Shown in pieces: positions 17,262 through 25,579 of a stretch of DNA of 27,755 bases. Below the pieces are notes generated by a model that worked only from the letters and a program-made list of their open reading frames with translations, searched no databases and was not told where the DNA came from. The position numbers were made by a program, and so were the translations under genes. Within the stretch, counting starts at the first letter, position 1. Every line of letters starts with the position of its first letter. This stretch comes from a virus (lineage: Duplodnaviria > Caudoviricetes): positions 1 through 27,755 of the IMG/VR virus record IMGVR_UViG_3300037424_000364; one strand, 5' to 3'.

Positions 17262-17786
17262 TTATCGAGCCCAAGGCAGCTTGACTCCTGAAACGACGTG
17301 CGCCGGCGCTGTAGGTGCAGGCGGTTGAGATTCCTGCGAAGGTCGCATCTGAGCCTTACTTGGAGGTTCGATGTGTACATCCGATCCTCCGGCCGGCTCG
17401 TAAGTACGAACCTCGTTCTGATCCCCCTTAACCTTCACGCACGCCAGAGCAACTTTATTGACGAGTTGCGCGCTATCCGACAGCGCGGTGATCCCGACCG
17501 CACGGCACAGTGCCGAGAGGCATCTCCACCCGATCTCGACGCATTGCTGGTTCGGGTTGTCGATATTTACCTGGTCAAACATGACTCGTCCCTTAGCCTC
17601 TCCGTCAAGAACCTTCAGCTTCAACTTCAGGTACTTCCCAGTGCCTGCCTTCGTACCCTTGATCTCCGACTCCTCAACGAGAACCTTGTACTTGCCGGCC
17701 GGAAGGACCTTGAAATCCTCTTGCGGCTCTACCGCTGAAGGATCAAACACAGCACCACCAAACAGGCCACTCAAATCTCCACTCAT
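17262..17786 (-). CDS. DUF669-family protein (putative single-stranded DNA-binding protein)
   Basis: F..LPAGKY.V.VEESE.K.TKAGTG.YLKL.LKVLDG...GR..FD..N..NPN; directly downstream of the Sak4-like gene. Confidence 0.85.
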   Translation of the reverse strand: MSGDLSGLFGGAVFDPSAVEPQEDFKVLPAGKYKVLVEESEIKGTKAGTGKYLKLKLKVLDGEAKGRVMFDQVNIDNPNQQCVEIGWRCLSALCRAVGITALSDSAQLVNKVALACVKVKGDQNEVRTYEPAGGSDVHIEPPSKAQMRPSQESQPPAPTAPAHVVSGVKLPWAR

Positions 17787-17827
17787 GTTACAAATCTCTG
17801 GGTTTATTAAGTTGAACCGTTTACACG

Positions 17828-18604
17828 CTACGAAGCGGCAGCTACCGCATCCGAGAACGCTTGCCAAGAGAGCGGTAATTCATATGGCAATCGACCGTAC
17901 ACTCCTCGACCTCCACCTGGGTGAGCAGGTCGCTTCTGTGTATACACGAAGCGCTGGCCTCCGTCCGTGTCGATTCCAATGCCGCGCTTTTTGTTAAACC
18001 CAACATCCTCTTTCTTCACTACCACCTTCGTATTACAGAAGAGGATTACGTCTGCCCATCGGTATAGCAGGTTCGCTGCCTTGTCGTTCAGGTCGAATTG
18101 GTACTGGTCGTAACTGTCCCCACCAGGCTCATCGTGACGCTTTACGCGGACGTGTCCGATGATGATGCTCGCCATTTCTCGTGCTGTACGCAGCGCGTCG
18201 AGCCCCTCAGTGAGCATCCGCCACTGCGACAGCGCCTCGACGTAACCCTTGCCGTATCCTCCGTTCACCTTCTCAATCGACTGCGCGTTTCCATTCAGGC
18301 GGCAAGTCTCTGCCCAGATCAATGGCTCGCACGCGCTAGCCGAGTCAATGACTACCGTTCCGAATTCATGCTTCTGCGAGTACAGTGAAGATAGCGCCTC
18401 CATAACGTCGCCGTAGCTTCCGCACGGCGGAAACTTCGGTACGCTAATGGTATCGACCCCCTCTTCCCCCTTCACTGGGATGACGACAGGAGCGTCGGAA
18501 CACGACGCGAAAGTGCTCTTGCCGATCTTCTCAACACCAAGAAGGATTATTCGCGGTGCGCGAAGTCTAGCCTCAGCAGTGATTGACGCAAGGTCGAATG
18601 CCAT
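17828..18604 (-). CDS. AAA_24 / Sak4-like ATPase (single-strand annealing recombinase)
   Basis: G.EKIGKSTFA Walker A; VVIDS Walker B; GGYGKGY; IIGH; WADVILF. Confidence 0.9.
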   Translation of the reverse strand: MAFDLASITAEARLRAPRIILLGVEKIGKSTFASCSDAPVVIPVKGEEGVDTISVPKFPPCGSYGDVMEALSSLYSQKHEFGTVVIDSASACEPLIWAETCRLNGNAQSIEKVNGGYGKGYVEALSQWRMLTEGLDALRTAREMASIIIGHVRVKRHDEPGGDSYDQYQFDLNDKAANLLYRWADVILFCNTKVVVKKEDVGFNKKRGIGIDTDGGQRFVYTQKRPAHPGGGRGVYGRLPYELPLSWQAFSDAVAAAS

Positions 18605-18606
18605 GC

Positions 18607-18810
18607 CTACTCCACAGTTGGGTCGCGTAGTTCAATAACAAATCGCCGCCCGTCGTATTCCGAGTTGAACGCAATGTCGTTCACGATGTCGGAGAGTACG
18701 GCGGCTAACGAAATTCCGTCCGCGCCTTCCCCTTCACCAGTGAGAACTTCCTCAACGGTTCCGAGAAAGACCTCATCGCTGTCCGATCGTAAAATGACTC
18801 GCCTATTCAT
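18607..18810 (-). CDS. Hypothetical protein
   Basis: ATG 18810 after GAGGT; packed in the operon. Confidence 0.6.
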   Translation of the reverse strand: MNRRVILRSDSDEVFLGTVEEVLTGEGEGADGISLAAVLSDIVNDIAFNSEYDGRRFVIELRDPTVE

Positions 18811-19063
18811 TGCCAGTAACCTCAGCCCTAATTGCCGCGCGATACTGCCGCCGAGTCTTCGCAACTGCACTTGGTGATTCCGCCTTACGGCTTGCTATGA
18901 AGAGAACCAGGTCGGAATGTTGAATTCGCAGTCGCTTATGTTTTGCTGCGCGTGACACAGATACATCGACGGCGGGTAGTTGACCACGTTTAATTATGCG
19001 GTCAATCGTGACGCGCTTGACAGCGAGAATCTCTGCCGCATTGTCGAGTGTAATGAGGTGCAT
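18803..19063 (-). CDS. xis: Excisionase-like HTH_17 DNA-binding protein
   Basis: LITLDNAAEILAVKRVTIDRIIKRGQLPA...RLRI..SDL..FI pattern. Confidence 0.8.
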   Translation of the reverse strand: MHLITLDNAAEILAVKRVTIDRIIKRGQLPAVDVSVSRAAKHKRLRIQHSDLVLFIASRKAESPSAVAKTRRQYRAAIRAEVTGNE

Positions 19064-19076
19064 TCGCGCCGCTTCG

Positions 19077-19149
19077 GATCGAGGTCAAGCATTCAATACC
19101 TCGATCTTATCCTCACGCACTGAGAATTATGTCTCAGTTCGTGAGATAA
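19077..19149. promoter_or_regulatory. Two back-to-back inverted repeats upstream of xis (operator or RNA hairpins)
   Basis: GATCGAGGT-N12-ACCTCGATC (19077-19106) and imperfect TTATCCTCACGCACTGAGA-N6-TCTCAGTTCGTGAGATAA (19107-19149). Confidence 0.5.
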
Positions 19150-19150
19150 A

Positions 19151-19564
19151 TTACGACGCATCTCCCTCAAGGACAATGTACCCGCGTCGGTACATTACAG
19201 AGTATGGAATCCCTGATTCCATTAGGCACATCGAGAGACGAGAACATGCGCACCGTATGGCATGATCCGACACCTCAGAGCCCCAGGCAACGTCCTGCGC
19301 CTCTTCAACTGGCACGCGACCGCGATCCGCGAGCAGCCTGAGCAGTTTGAATTGAATCGGCGGCAGGCGGACAGAACGGCCGTCGAGCGAGACAGTCGCC
19401 GAGTCTGGCGAGAAGTACAGGCTCGGCACTGGATCTATTAGGCTGCGCCCAGCCGGATGGAAGATTGGGAAGTCTACCTCAATCATCCCGTCGTCGCGTA
19501 TGATTCCGCCCTGAATCGCAGAGATCGCATTCCTTGCTTCCGAGTCGGAAAGCAAAAGGATCAA
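19151..19564 (-). CDS. OmpR/PhoB-type winged-helix DNA-binding protein without a receiver domain
   Basis: V.LDGRSVRLPPIQFKLLRLLA....V......VAWG......IR...SRL...L........RRGY; TTG start after AAGGGG. Confidence 0.75.
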   Translation of the reverse strand: MILLLSDSEARNAISAIQGGIIRDDGMIEVDFPIFHPAGRSLIDPVPSLYFSPDSATVSLDGRSVRLPPIQFKLLRLLADRGRVPVEEAQDVAWGSEVSDHAIRCACSRLSMCLMESGIPYSVMYRRGYIVLEGDAS

Positions 19565-19644
19565 ATTTACCCCTTAGGCGCGCACTGCGATCGCAGTGTC
19601 CGTCTTGGCTGTTAGAATAGAAGGGCTAGAAAAGAAAACGCGAG

Positions 19645-19899
19645 TTACTCTTCAGCATCATCCTTGGATTCACTAAGAGTAATTAGGTCAACATCCTTCA
19701 GCAACACTTCGCGCTCTACCCCAAAGCCCTTGCAGAGACGGTCGAGTGTATCAAGAAAGATCCTCTTCGACGTTCCATCAATGATGTTACCGTAGGTGGT
19801 CGGAGCGATCCCGGCCGCCTGGGCAGCTTGTTCTTTTGTCCAGCGCTTCAGAACGCGCTGAATCTCGATATTGTCGATCAACTTTCTAGGAATTTCCAT
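19645..19899 (-). CDS. XRE/Cro-CI family HTH transcriptional regulator
   Basis: WTKEQAAQAAGIAPTTYGNIIDG......LDTLDRLCKGFGV; SD GGAGG before ATG 19899. Confidence 0.85.
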   Translation of the reverse strand: MEIPRKLIDNIEIQRVLKRWTKEQAAQAAGIAPTTYGNIIDGTSKRIFLDTLDRLCKGFGVEREVLLKDVDLITLSESKDDAEE

Positions 19900-21061
19900 A
19901 TCTCGCCTCCGTTCTGCCATAGAATAGCCAGTGTCGCACAGTATCGGCAATTACCTTCAGCCGCGACAACTCATTCAGGTTGAATTGAGAGTACACGCGC
20001 TTCTGAAGGCTCTTATTCGTATGCCCCATAGTGAGGTCAATCATAGCCTGGTCTGGCACGAGGTCAACCACCGTCCCATACACATGCCTTAACGATCCGA
20101 TGCCTGCACCTGCCCTGAGCGCTCCATATGCCCCCATGGAGCGTACAAACCCCCTTGACAGGTAGGACGTTCCACCGCACTTACTCATTGGACGACCGTG
20201 CGAATCGAGAATCAGCGTGCGCTCACCCTCTTGGGACGGCTCCCTCTTCGACTCGTATTCGCGTATAGCCTCGACCGTCTCGGGCCACAGAACCGCCATC
20301 CGCCTCCGGCCTGTCTTGACTCTCCTGAAGTCGTGATACGGCGTGTCGCCATCCAAGTGAATTCGATCCGTCGTGATCGCGATTGTGTCAGCAGGGTAGA
20401 ATCCGCAATTCACGCCGAGTAGGATCGCCAGCCGTATTGTAGGTGTCGATGCGTTGATTGCCGCGAGGATTGGCTCACGATCAATCCACCTGCTAATGCC
20501 TCGCTCATCGCGATCCGCCTCAACCTCATGGATAGCTGGTGGGTGAAACCTCGGGCCAAAGTCAATCTCGCCGGATACCATCCTCATCTGCCGGCCCCAC
20601 TTCAGTATGCTGCGAACGCCGACGATGATCTTCCCTTGAGTTGCTAGCGAGAGCTTAGACTCCAAGTGCTTTTCTAGCGCTGCGAAATGCGACGGCTTAA
20701 GGCTTGACACGGCAACTACTGATATCCCTGATTCGATGCACGCTGCCCTAACTGCCGTGTAGTTGTACAGTGTACCGCGTGCCGCCTTGCGAGCAGCTAT
20801 TCGTCCTATCATGTCGTCGATATAATTGTCCACGAGACATGCCACAGTCAGTGATCTATCAGCCGCCGGCGGGACGACTCCGGCTATCAGATAGTCCTTC
20901 TCTCTGAGCCACAGATTCAGTGCCCCCTGAACATTGGCGAGCGGACCGAAGTAGTGAACCACGCCGCGAATCTTCTTGGCCCACTGGCCGTTCGGGTGTG
21001 GAGTAAGTGGGAAGTCAGGATGCTCAGACTTCCACTTCCGTGCGTCGTCAAGCTTACTCAT
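19886..21061 (-). CDS. int: Tyrosine recombinase / phage integrase
   Basis: N-terminal arm-binding-type segment PDFPLTPHPNGQWAKKIRG..HYFG; RVKTG (Lys), LWPET, SLRH, MGH, VY (Tyr). Confidence 0.88.
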   Translation of the reverse strand: MSKLDDARKWKSEHPDFPLTPHPNGQWAKKIRGVVHYFGPLANVQGALNLWLREKDYLIAGVVPPAADRSLTVACLVDNYIDDMIGRIAARKAARGTLYNYTAVRAACIESGISVVAVSSLKPSHFAALEKHLESKLSLATQGKIIVGVRSILKWGRQMRMVSGEIDFGPRFHPPAIHEVEADRDERGISRWIDREPILAAINASTPTIRLAILLGVNCGFYPADTIAITTDRIHLDGDTPYHDFRRVKTGRRRMAVLWPETVEAIREYESKREPSQEGERTLILDSHGRPMSKCGGTSYLSRGFVRSMGAYGALRAGAGIGSLRHVYGTVVDLVPDQAMIDLTMGHTNKSLQKRVYSQFNLNELSRLKVIADTVRHWLFYGRTEARYGNS

Positions 21062-21495
21062 CTAGCGGACGCCTCCACCTTACACCCCAAACAAATCAGC
21101 CCGTGAAACTCCCCTTTATCGTCGATATCTAACTCTAGCCGGCCGATGCTTCCATCTTCGCTACCGCAAAGCCGGCACGCACCGCCCTGCCGATTGTACG
21201 CTTGCTCAATCTCCGACGCCTTAATGCGGATTCCACCACGCATCCAAGGCTTCCACTTAGCCTTTAGAAGCGATTCCCAATAATACGACACCAGCTTGTC
21301 GCCGTTTTCGCTTCTCCACTTCTTTTGGTATTCAGCAAGATGCGCGGTATCCAGCCTAGGTTTACGTGCAATATACTTGCAATTGTTACAAACGTGAACG
21401 CGGCACACGCCGTTACCCGACTTCGCCTCACGAAACGAAGTGATCGACTTCTCTTTTCCACAGCGTTTACACGTTCTAGTCGCCTCTGCGATCAT
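21058..21495 (-). CDS. Zn-finger protein, degenerate endonuclease VII/HNH-like
   Basis: CKRC.KEK....F, CNNC, Q.GACRLCG, GLICLGC; the DH and C..CN catalytic residues are replaced. Confidence 0.65.
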   Translation of the reverse strand: MIAEATRTCKRCGKEKSITSFREAKSGNGVCRVHVCNNCKYIARKPRLDTAHLAEYQKKWRSENGDKLVSYYWESLLKAKWKPWMRGGIRIKASEIEQAYNRQGGACRLCGSEDGSIGRLELDIDDKGEFHGLICLGCKVEASAR

Positions 21496-21498
21496 GGT

Positions 21499-21666
21499 TC
21501 ATTTCTCCGTTGTCCAGAATTTCTTGTCGTCAACGTGCAGGAAACTCTTGTCTACCCCAACGCGGTCGCTCTCCGCCTCTGCCTTAGTGTCATATGGCCC
21601 ACAGTCTTCAGTACCCCATGCCCCGACAATCCACCATCCATCCTCGCGTTTGGTTATGTCGCTCAT
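21499..21666 (-). CDS. Hypothetical protein (55 aa, GPYxTxxEA motif)
   Basis: Hand-translated MSDITKREDGWWIVGAWGTEDCGPYDTKAEAESDRVGVDKSFLHVDDKKFWTTEK; GGAG upstream; fills the gap between its neighbours. Confidence 0.75.
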   Translation of the reverse strand: MSDITKREDGWWIVGAWGTEDCGPYDTKAEAESDRVGVDKSFLHVDDKKFWTTEK

Positions 21667-21667
21667 G

Positions 21668-22282
21668 TCAGTCTCTCCACGAAAACAGGTTGACGCCGTG
21701 ACCGGTCCACTTCGGCCGTATCACCTCCGGCTTGCCTATCACCTCATATCCATCCTTCTCTAGCTGTACAGTGATCTCCATTGCCACATCAGTGCTACAC
21801 TCGCCGGACGCATAATCATGGTCTTCAATTCCGCCTACGCTTGCGGAACACCCCTTGAATTCACACGCACAAAACCACCACTCCCACCCATTTTCGTACC
21901 ACTTCACTAGCTGGTCGATCCGCCTACGCATAGACAAAGCGACCATCTCGCGTGCCACTTGTCGTGACGCCCCGTTGTCGCGATACCACTTTTCCTCGCC
22001 GTCGTCCCAAGGCATGGTAATGACGACTCGGCGTCGTTTCCCTGAATCCCAGCAACAGCCCTCACTATCAATCTCTCGGCCGTGCCCGATCGGCCTTGCC
22101 TCATGCTCATACATATCGCTCCACTCCCATGGAGCAGAAGACATGCCGTCATCTGGCTCAATCTCGACGGCCGCTAGTATGTCCGCGAAGTCTACCTCGT
22201 CAGGCTCGACGATTGTTGTTGTGGTTGTCCGAATTAGCTTCCCGCAAGATCGGATTACGGTTGTCATCGTTTCGGTTTTCAT
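21668..22282 (-). CDS. Hypothetical early protein
   Basis: 204-aa acidic ORF in the operon. Confidence 0.75.
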   Translation of the reverse strand: MKTETMTTVIRSCGKLIRTTTTTIVEPDEVDFADILAAVEIEPDDGMSSAPWEWSDMYEHEARPIGHGREIDSEGCCWDSGKRRRVVITMPWDDGEEKWYRDNGASRQVAREMVALSMRRRIDQLVKWYENGWEWWFCACEFKGCSASVGGIEDHDYASGECSTDVAMEITVQLEKDGYEVIGKPEVIRPKWTGHGVNLFSWRD

Positions 22283-22289
22283 AGCGTCC

Positions 22290-22523
22290 CTATTGGTTCA
22301 AGGTTCGGATAATCCGTCTTTCATTGCACTTCGGGCAAACACCAAGGTGAGTGTACCAGTCCAATACTGACTTTCCGTTAGCGTTTTCTGTCGGAACCTC
22401 AACAAGAGACTCCTCATACGACTGATAGAATTCTACGTTAATCCAACCATCTGGAATAGAGTCAACTCCGTCGAACTCCTCAGTGTCACAGTACATACAC
22501 GCCAATCGAATTTTTCCGCTCAT
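22290..22523 (-). CDS. Small Zn-binding hypothetical protein
   Basis: CMYC...CPKC; SD GAGGT. Confidence 0.75.
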   Translation of the reverse strand: MSGKIRLACMYCDTEEFDGVDSIPDGWINVEFYQSYEESLVEVPTENANGKSVLDWYTHLGVCPKCNERRIIRTLNQ

Positions 22524-22550
22524 TCTGTTACCTCATTGTGAAAAGGAGCC

Positions 22551-22601
22551 GGCTAACCGTTTCATTTCCCTAGCGAACTAAGGGGAATGGAACGGGCAGC
22601 C
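22551..22601 (-). ncRNA. Conserved intergenic hairpin, copy E1
   Basis: GGCU-GC-CCGUU...UUCG loop...AACGG-UU-AGCC. Confidence 0.6.
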
Positions 22602-22614
22602 TTGCCCGTGCCGG

Positions 22615-23541
22615 CTACTCAATTCCTTCCACTCCAGCAATTTTCGCAATCCGTTCAATCTCGGCATAGGCCACGCTATGGCAGCCGGCCTTGAAGTTTT
22701 CCTTGTCGTCAACCGCGTCAAGGTGAAACATTCCAAGTCGAATCTCGCGGCCGTTCCGTTCCCAGGACCGCCCCTTATCGTGCAATACCCGGATAAGTCG
22801 AAACGCCTTGATGCCATGGTCAAGCGGGAAGTCCGCACCATGGCTTGTCTCGACACTCTCGCCGACGATTCGCAGACGACACGGCAAGCGATAAAATCCG
22901 CTGTCACGACTACCGCCATCAATCCACGAGGATAGATGCTTAGAAAGGCCTGCAAGGTACTTTCGATCTTCCTCTTCCGCCTTAATGCGTGCAGCCTCCA
23001 ATTCCTTTTCGTGCTTTGCATAGGCCCGTCGTTGACGTTCAGATTCTCTTTCGGTTAGCTTCTTAACATGCTCTTTAGCGTGGTCAAGGTCGGGCATTGT
23101 GATACGTCCACTCAGCCCAAAGAAAACCGCTAGGGCGTTTCCATCTTCCACTAGTTCACGCATGATCCGTTCATAGTGGTCCTTATATACCCTAGCCTTG
23201 ACATACTTTTTTAGCGTTTCGAGAATCCGTATTCGGTAACTTTCGAGTATTACCGCCGGCCTATTCCAGTCTTTCGGGTCTGCGTGAAAAACAGTCAAGT
23301 GACAGCACGCACGGGATACATTATTTATGTGCCCATTGGTGGTGATGCTATGACTTCGCGTCGTCATTAGCACTGCATCACCACGTTTGGTTTTGACGTG
23401 CCTTGCCACCGGAAAGTGCATTCCATAGCTGTAAATCGTATTCCCCTCAAAGTAGAAATTCCGCGTTGGAGTCTTCGCCCAGTCCTGGGACTTGTTGGCC
23501 CAAAGGTGAGCCACCATTTCAGACTTTACGATACGCTTCAT
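22615..23541 (-). CDS. Hypothetical early protein (308 aa)
   Basis: SD GAGGG; VAHLWAN...YFEG.TIYSYG.HFP.A N-terminal block; central coiled coil. Confidence 0.8.
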   Translation of the reverse strand: MKRIVKSEMVAHLWANKSQDWAKTPTRNFYFEGNTIYSYGMHFPVARHVKTKRGDAVLMTTRSHSITTNGHINNVSRACCHLTVFHADPKDWNRPAVILESYRIRILETLKKYVKARVYKDHYERIMRELVEDGNALAVFFGLSGRITMPDLDHAKEHVKKLTERESERQRRAYAKHEKELEAARIKAEEEDRKYLAGLSKHLSSWIDGGSRDSGFYRLPCRLRIVGESVETSHGADFPLDHGIKAFRLIRVLHDKGRSWERNGREIRLGMFHLDAVDDKENFKAGCHSVAYAEIERIAKIAGVEGIE

Positions 23542-23572
23542 TATGTCCCTCTTAATGTCTGGTTCGCGTTGC

Positions 23573-23623
23573 TGGACAAACCGATACGCCCCACTTTTCG
23601 AGTGAAGCGTATCGGGCCGTCCA
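23573..23623 (-). ncRNA. Conserved intergenic hairpin, copy E2
   Basis: UGGACG-GC-CCGAUACGC...GCGUAUCGG-UU-UGUCCA. Confidence 0.65.
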
Positions 23624-23637
23624 TAGCCCGTGGTTGG

Positions 23638-24129
23638 CTAAATGTCAATCCACTCCTCATCATCATCATCCAATAATTCCCCGTCGTCGTCAAACTCTTC
23701 ATCTTCATATACGGGCGGAAATTCTCCGCAATCCACAAGCCGGCCGCAATGCTCACACACAGTATAGTGCCAACATTCCGGGTCGACCGGGGTAAATTCC
23801 CCGCAATTGCAGCATTTGATTTCCCCCTCATCTTCGCAGTGTTCGTTTTCCGCTTCTTCTAACCAATCTCCCCATGAGCTAGAGAATACCTCCCCGTGTC
23901 CCTCTTGGCATACTGTCAGATTGTACGTGTCGCCAGTATTGAGGTAGGCTAACTCTCTATCGCAAGTGGACACATACTCGATTCCAAAATGTGAGTGTCC
24001 CCAACCGGCCCGGTTGATAAAACGCTCCGCTGCTTCGATACCGCCAACGTGTCTGTTAGAAAATTCTACCGCCCTGTTGCATACCTCATCGAAATTCTTT
24101 CCGTATTGTCGTCGAATCATAGTTGCCAT
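23638..24129 (-). CDS. Hypothetical protein with Zn ribbon and very acidic tail
   Basis: CCNC...CEHC; tail EDEEFDDDGELLDDDDEEW; SD GAGGT. Confidence 0.8.
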   Translation of the reverse strand: MATMIRRQYGKNFDEVCNRAVEFSNRHVGGIEAAERFINRAGWGHSHFGIEYVSTCDRELAYLNTGDTYNLTVCQEGHGEVFSSSWGDWLEEAENEHCEDEGEIKCCNCGEFTPVDPECWHYTVCEHCGRLVDCGEFPPVYEDEEFDDDGELLDDDDEEWIDI

Positions 24130-24182
24130 TGCATCTACCTCTTTTCTCGTTTCTTAATAAATCTTAAAAACTCATCGTCTAG

Positions 24183-24287
24183 CTATTCACGTTCTGCAAA
24201 GTAGTATCCGAATTCTGGTGAATTCAGATACTCAAAAAACTCGTCAACAATGCGATGCAAATCATCTACATACTTTTCAATTGTCAC
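24183..24287 (-). CDS. Small acidic ORF (34 aa; 50 codons if the internal TAG is read through to 24135)
   Basis: Strong SD AGGAGG + GTG; MTIEKYVDDLHRIVDEFFEYLNSPEFGYYFAERE*. Confidence 0.55.
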   Translation of the reverse strand: MTIEKYVDDLHRIVDEFFEYLNSPEFGYYFAERE

Positions 24288-24303
24288 TCGTTTTACCCTC
24301 CTA

Positions 24304-24876
24304 TCACTCCGTTTCGACCATATCACCACCACAACCGCAAGTAGGTGGGCCTATTTCATCCAACCACTTGCGTGTCATTCTCGCAACACACCCACAACTA
24401 CCGCACTCCACCTTAATCATCCGTGTCCCCTGCTTTTTCGGGGCGTTGGATTCGGTCAATACGGCATGTGGATACGGCCCGATGGTTTCGGCAATCCCCT
24501 TTAGCGTTTCGGTCAATGCTTCCCCAGGTTTCGTGGCGGTCATCCCCCCCTCTAGCCCCATGGCGACCGCGACCGCCCGAAAACGCCCCTTGTGTCCTTC
24601 CGCCAACCCAACCGAACAATGCACTAGTTCGTGCAATAGCGTTGCTGATACGGCTACTGGATCGCTTAGCACGGGGGAAATGAACACCTCGAAAGACCCG
24701 TCGCCACTATTTTGTGACGACCATGCCTCACCTATTCGCCTGTTTTTCTTTGCTAGTGCCCCCTTGCTAGGCCACGAACACGACGCACGAACCTTTGCGG
24801 GGACGGGGGATGATCGGTCCGCAAACATCGGCCGCAATGCGGCTATACACTCTGCTAGCCAGTCTTCACGATTCAT
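24304..24876 (-). CDS. SprT-like zinc metalloprotease with C-terminal Zn ribbon
   Basis: IGEAW...EVFISP...TLLHELVH...GHKGRF; C..CG...C.CG. Confidence 0.82.
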   Translation of the reverse strand: MNREDWLAECIAALRPMFADRSSPVPAKVRASCSWPSKGALAKKNRRIGEAWSSQNSGDGSFEVFISPVLSDPVAVSATLLHELVHCSVGLAEGHKGRFRAVAVAMGLEGGMTATKPGEALTETLKGIAETIGPYPHAVLTESNAPKKQGTRMIKVECGSCGCVARMTRKWLDEIGPPTCGCGGDMVETE

Positions 24877-24891
24877 AACTCACCTTTTAGT

Positions 24892-24949
24892 TAGATTGAC
24901 CGGCCGGTCCCCCTTGCAATGGAACGAGGGAAACGGGCTGGACAATCCA
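24892..24949 (-). ncRNA. Conserved intergenic hairpin, divergent copy E3
   Basis: UGGAUUG-UCCA-GC-CCG...CGG-CC-GGU-CAAUCUA; preceded by CUAUGGA like E2 and E4. Confidence 0.4.
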
Positions 24950-24962
24950 TTGTCCATAGTGG

Positions 24963-25250
24963 CTAGAATTCGATTGACCCCCAACCACGTATAGCGAGCG
25001 GTACGCGATCGGCCCAAATGGCCTTGTAGGTGTTTTCTCTCCCGCAAGTGGCTTGACCCTTTGCGGCGTCTTTCGATTCTGCCAATACGTACAATGCCCT
25101 ACGGCCGCGAATTGGGCAAAACAACTCCACCCTATACAATCCCAATTCCTGCCTATTCCCTTCCCCGTGTTCCCTTGTGAGGCAGAGAGAATAATTTTCT
25201 CTCTCCGATACATCTATTCTTGCACAGTCTGTTTTTAGAACTTTAGCCAT
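24963..25250 (-). CDS. Hypothetical early protein
   Basis: SD GAGGGG, ATG start. Confidence 0.7.
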   Translation of the reverse strand: MAKVLKTDCARIDVSERENYSLCLTREHGEGNRQELGLYRVELFCPIRGRRALYVLAESKDAAKGQATCGRENTYKAIWADRVPLAIRGWGSIEF

Positions 25251-25278
25251 AGCATCCCCTCGTTACGTGTAAACGGTT

Positions 25279-25331
25279 CGGATAAGCCACCTCGCCACAT
25301 CGGCACATAATGCGGCGGGGTGGGCTATCCA
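25279..25331 (-). ncRNA. Conserved intergenic hairpin, copy E4
   Basis: UGGAUA-GC-CCACC...GGUGG-CU-UAUCCG. Confidence 0.65.
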
Positions 25332-25345
25332 TAGCCTTTTGTGTG

Positions 25346-25552
25346 CTATTCGGCTATCTCGCTTAGAGGAACGGGTCTAAGCTTCCGTAGGTCGTACAGT
25401 TTACGTTGGTACTTGCATGATGCCTTGCAAGCCGCATACGATCGGTAGATAAGCATCCCTTCGTCTTCCTCGAATTCCGGATTACAGTCGTGTGGCAATA
25501 CCGGCTTTTCATTCTTGAAACACACAACCCAATACTCTTTCTGATTTTTCAT
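25346..25552 (-). CDS. Hypothetical early protein
   Basis: SD GAGGT, ATG start. Confidence 0.72.
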   Translation of the reverse strand: MKNQKEYWVVCFKNEKPVLPHDCNPEFEEDEGMLIYRSYAACKASCKYQRKLYDLRKLRPVPLSEIAE

Positions 25553-25579
25553 TTCCGATACCTCATAAAAGTGGTGTTG

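Noticed and set aside
17071-17274. 67-aa ORF across the twin-stem region
   Set aside because: TTG start inside the upstream gene, no motif; the perfect long stems explain the region better, though coding is not fully excluded
24183-24185. Genome-wide TAG reassignment
   Set aside because: Many clear genes end in TAG with tight packing (e.g. 2390, 3597, 4282, 5400) and long genes are uninterrupted in the standard code
24218-24994. 258-aa plus-strand ORF and other long antisense ORFs (e.g. 11833-12522, 260-859)
   Set aside because: Antisense shadows of well-supported genes, with non-protein-like composition
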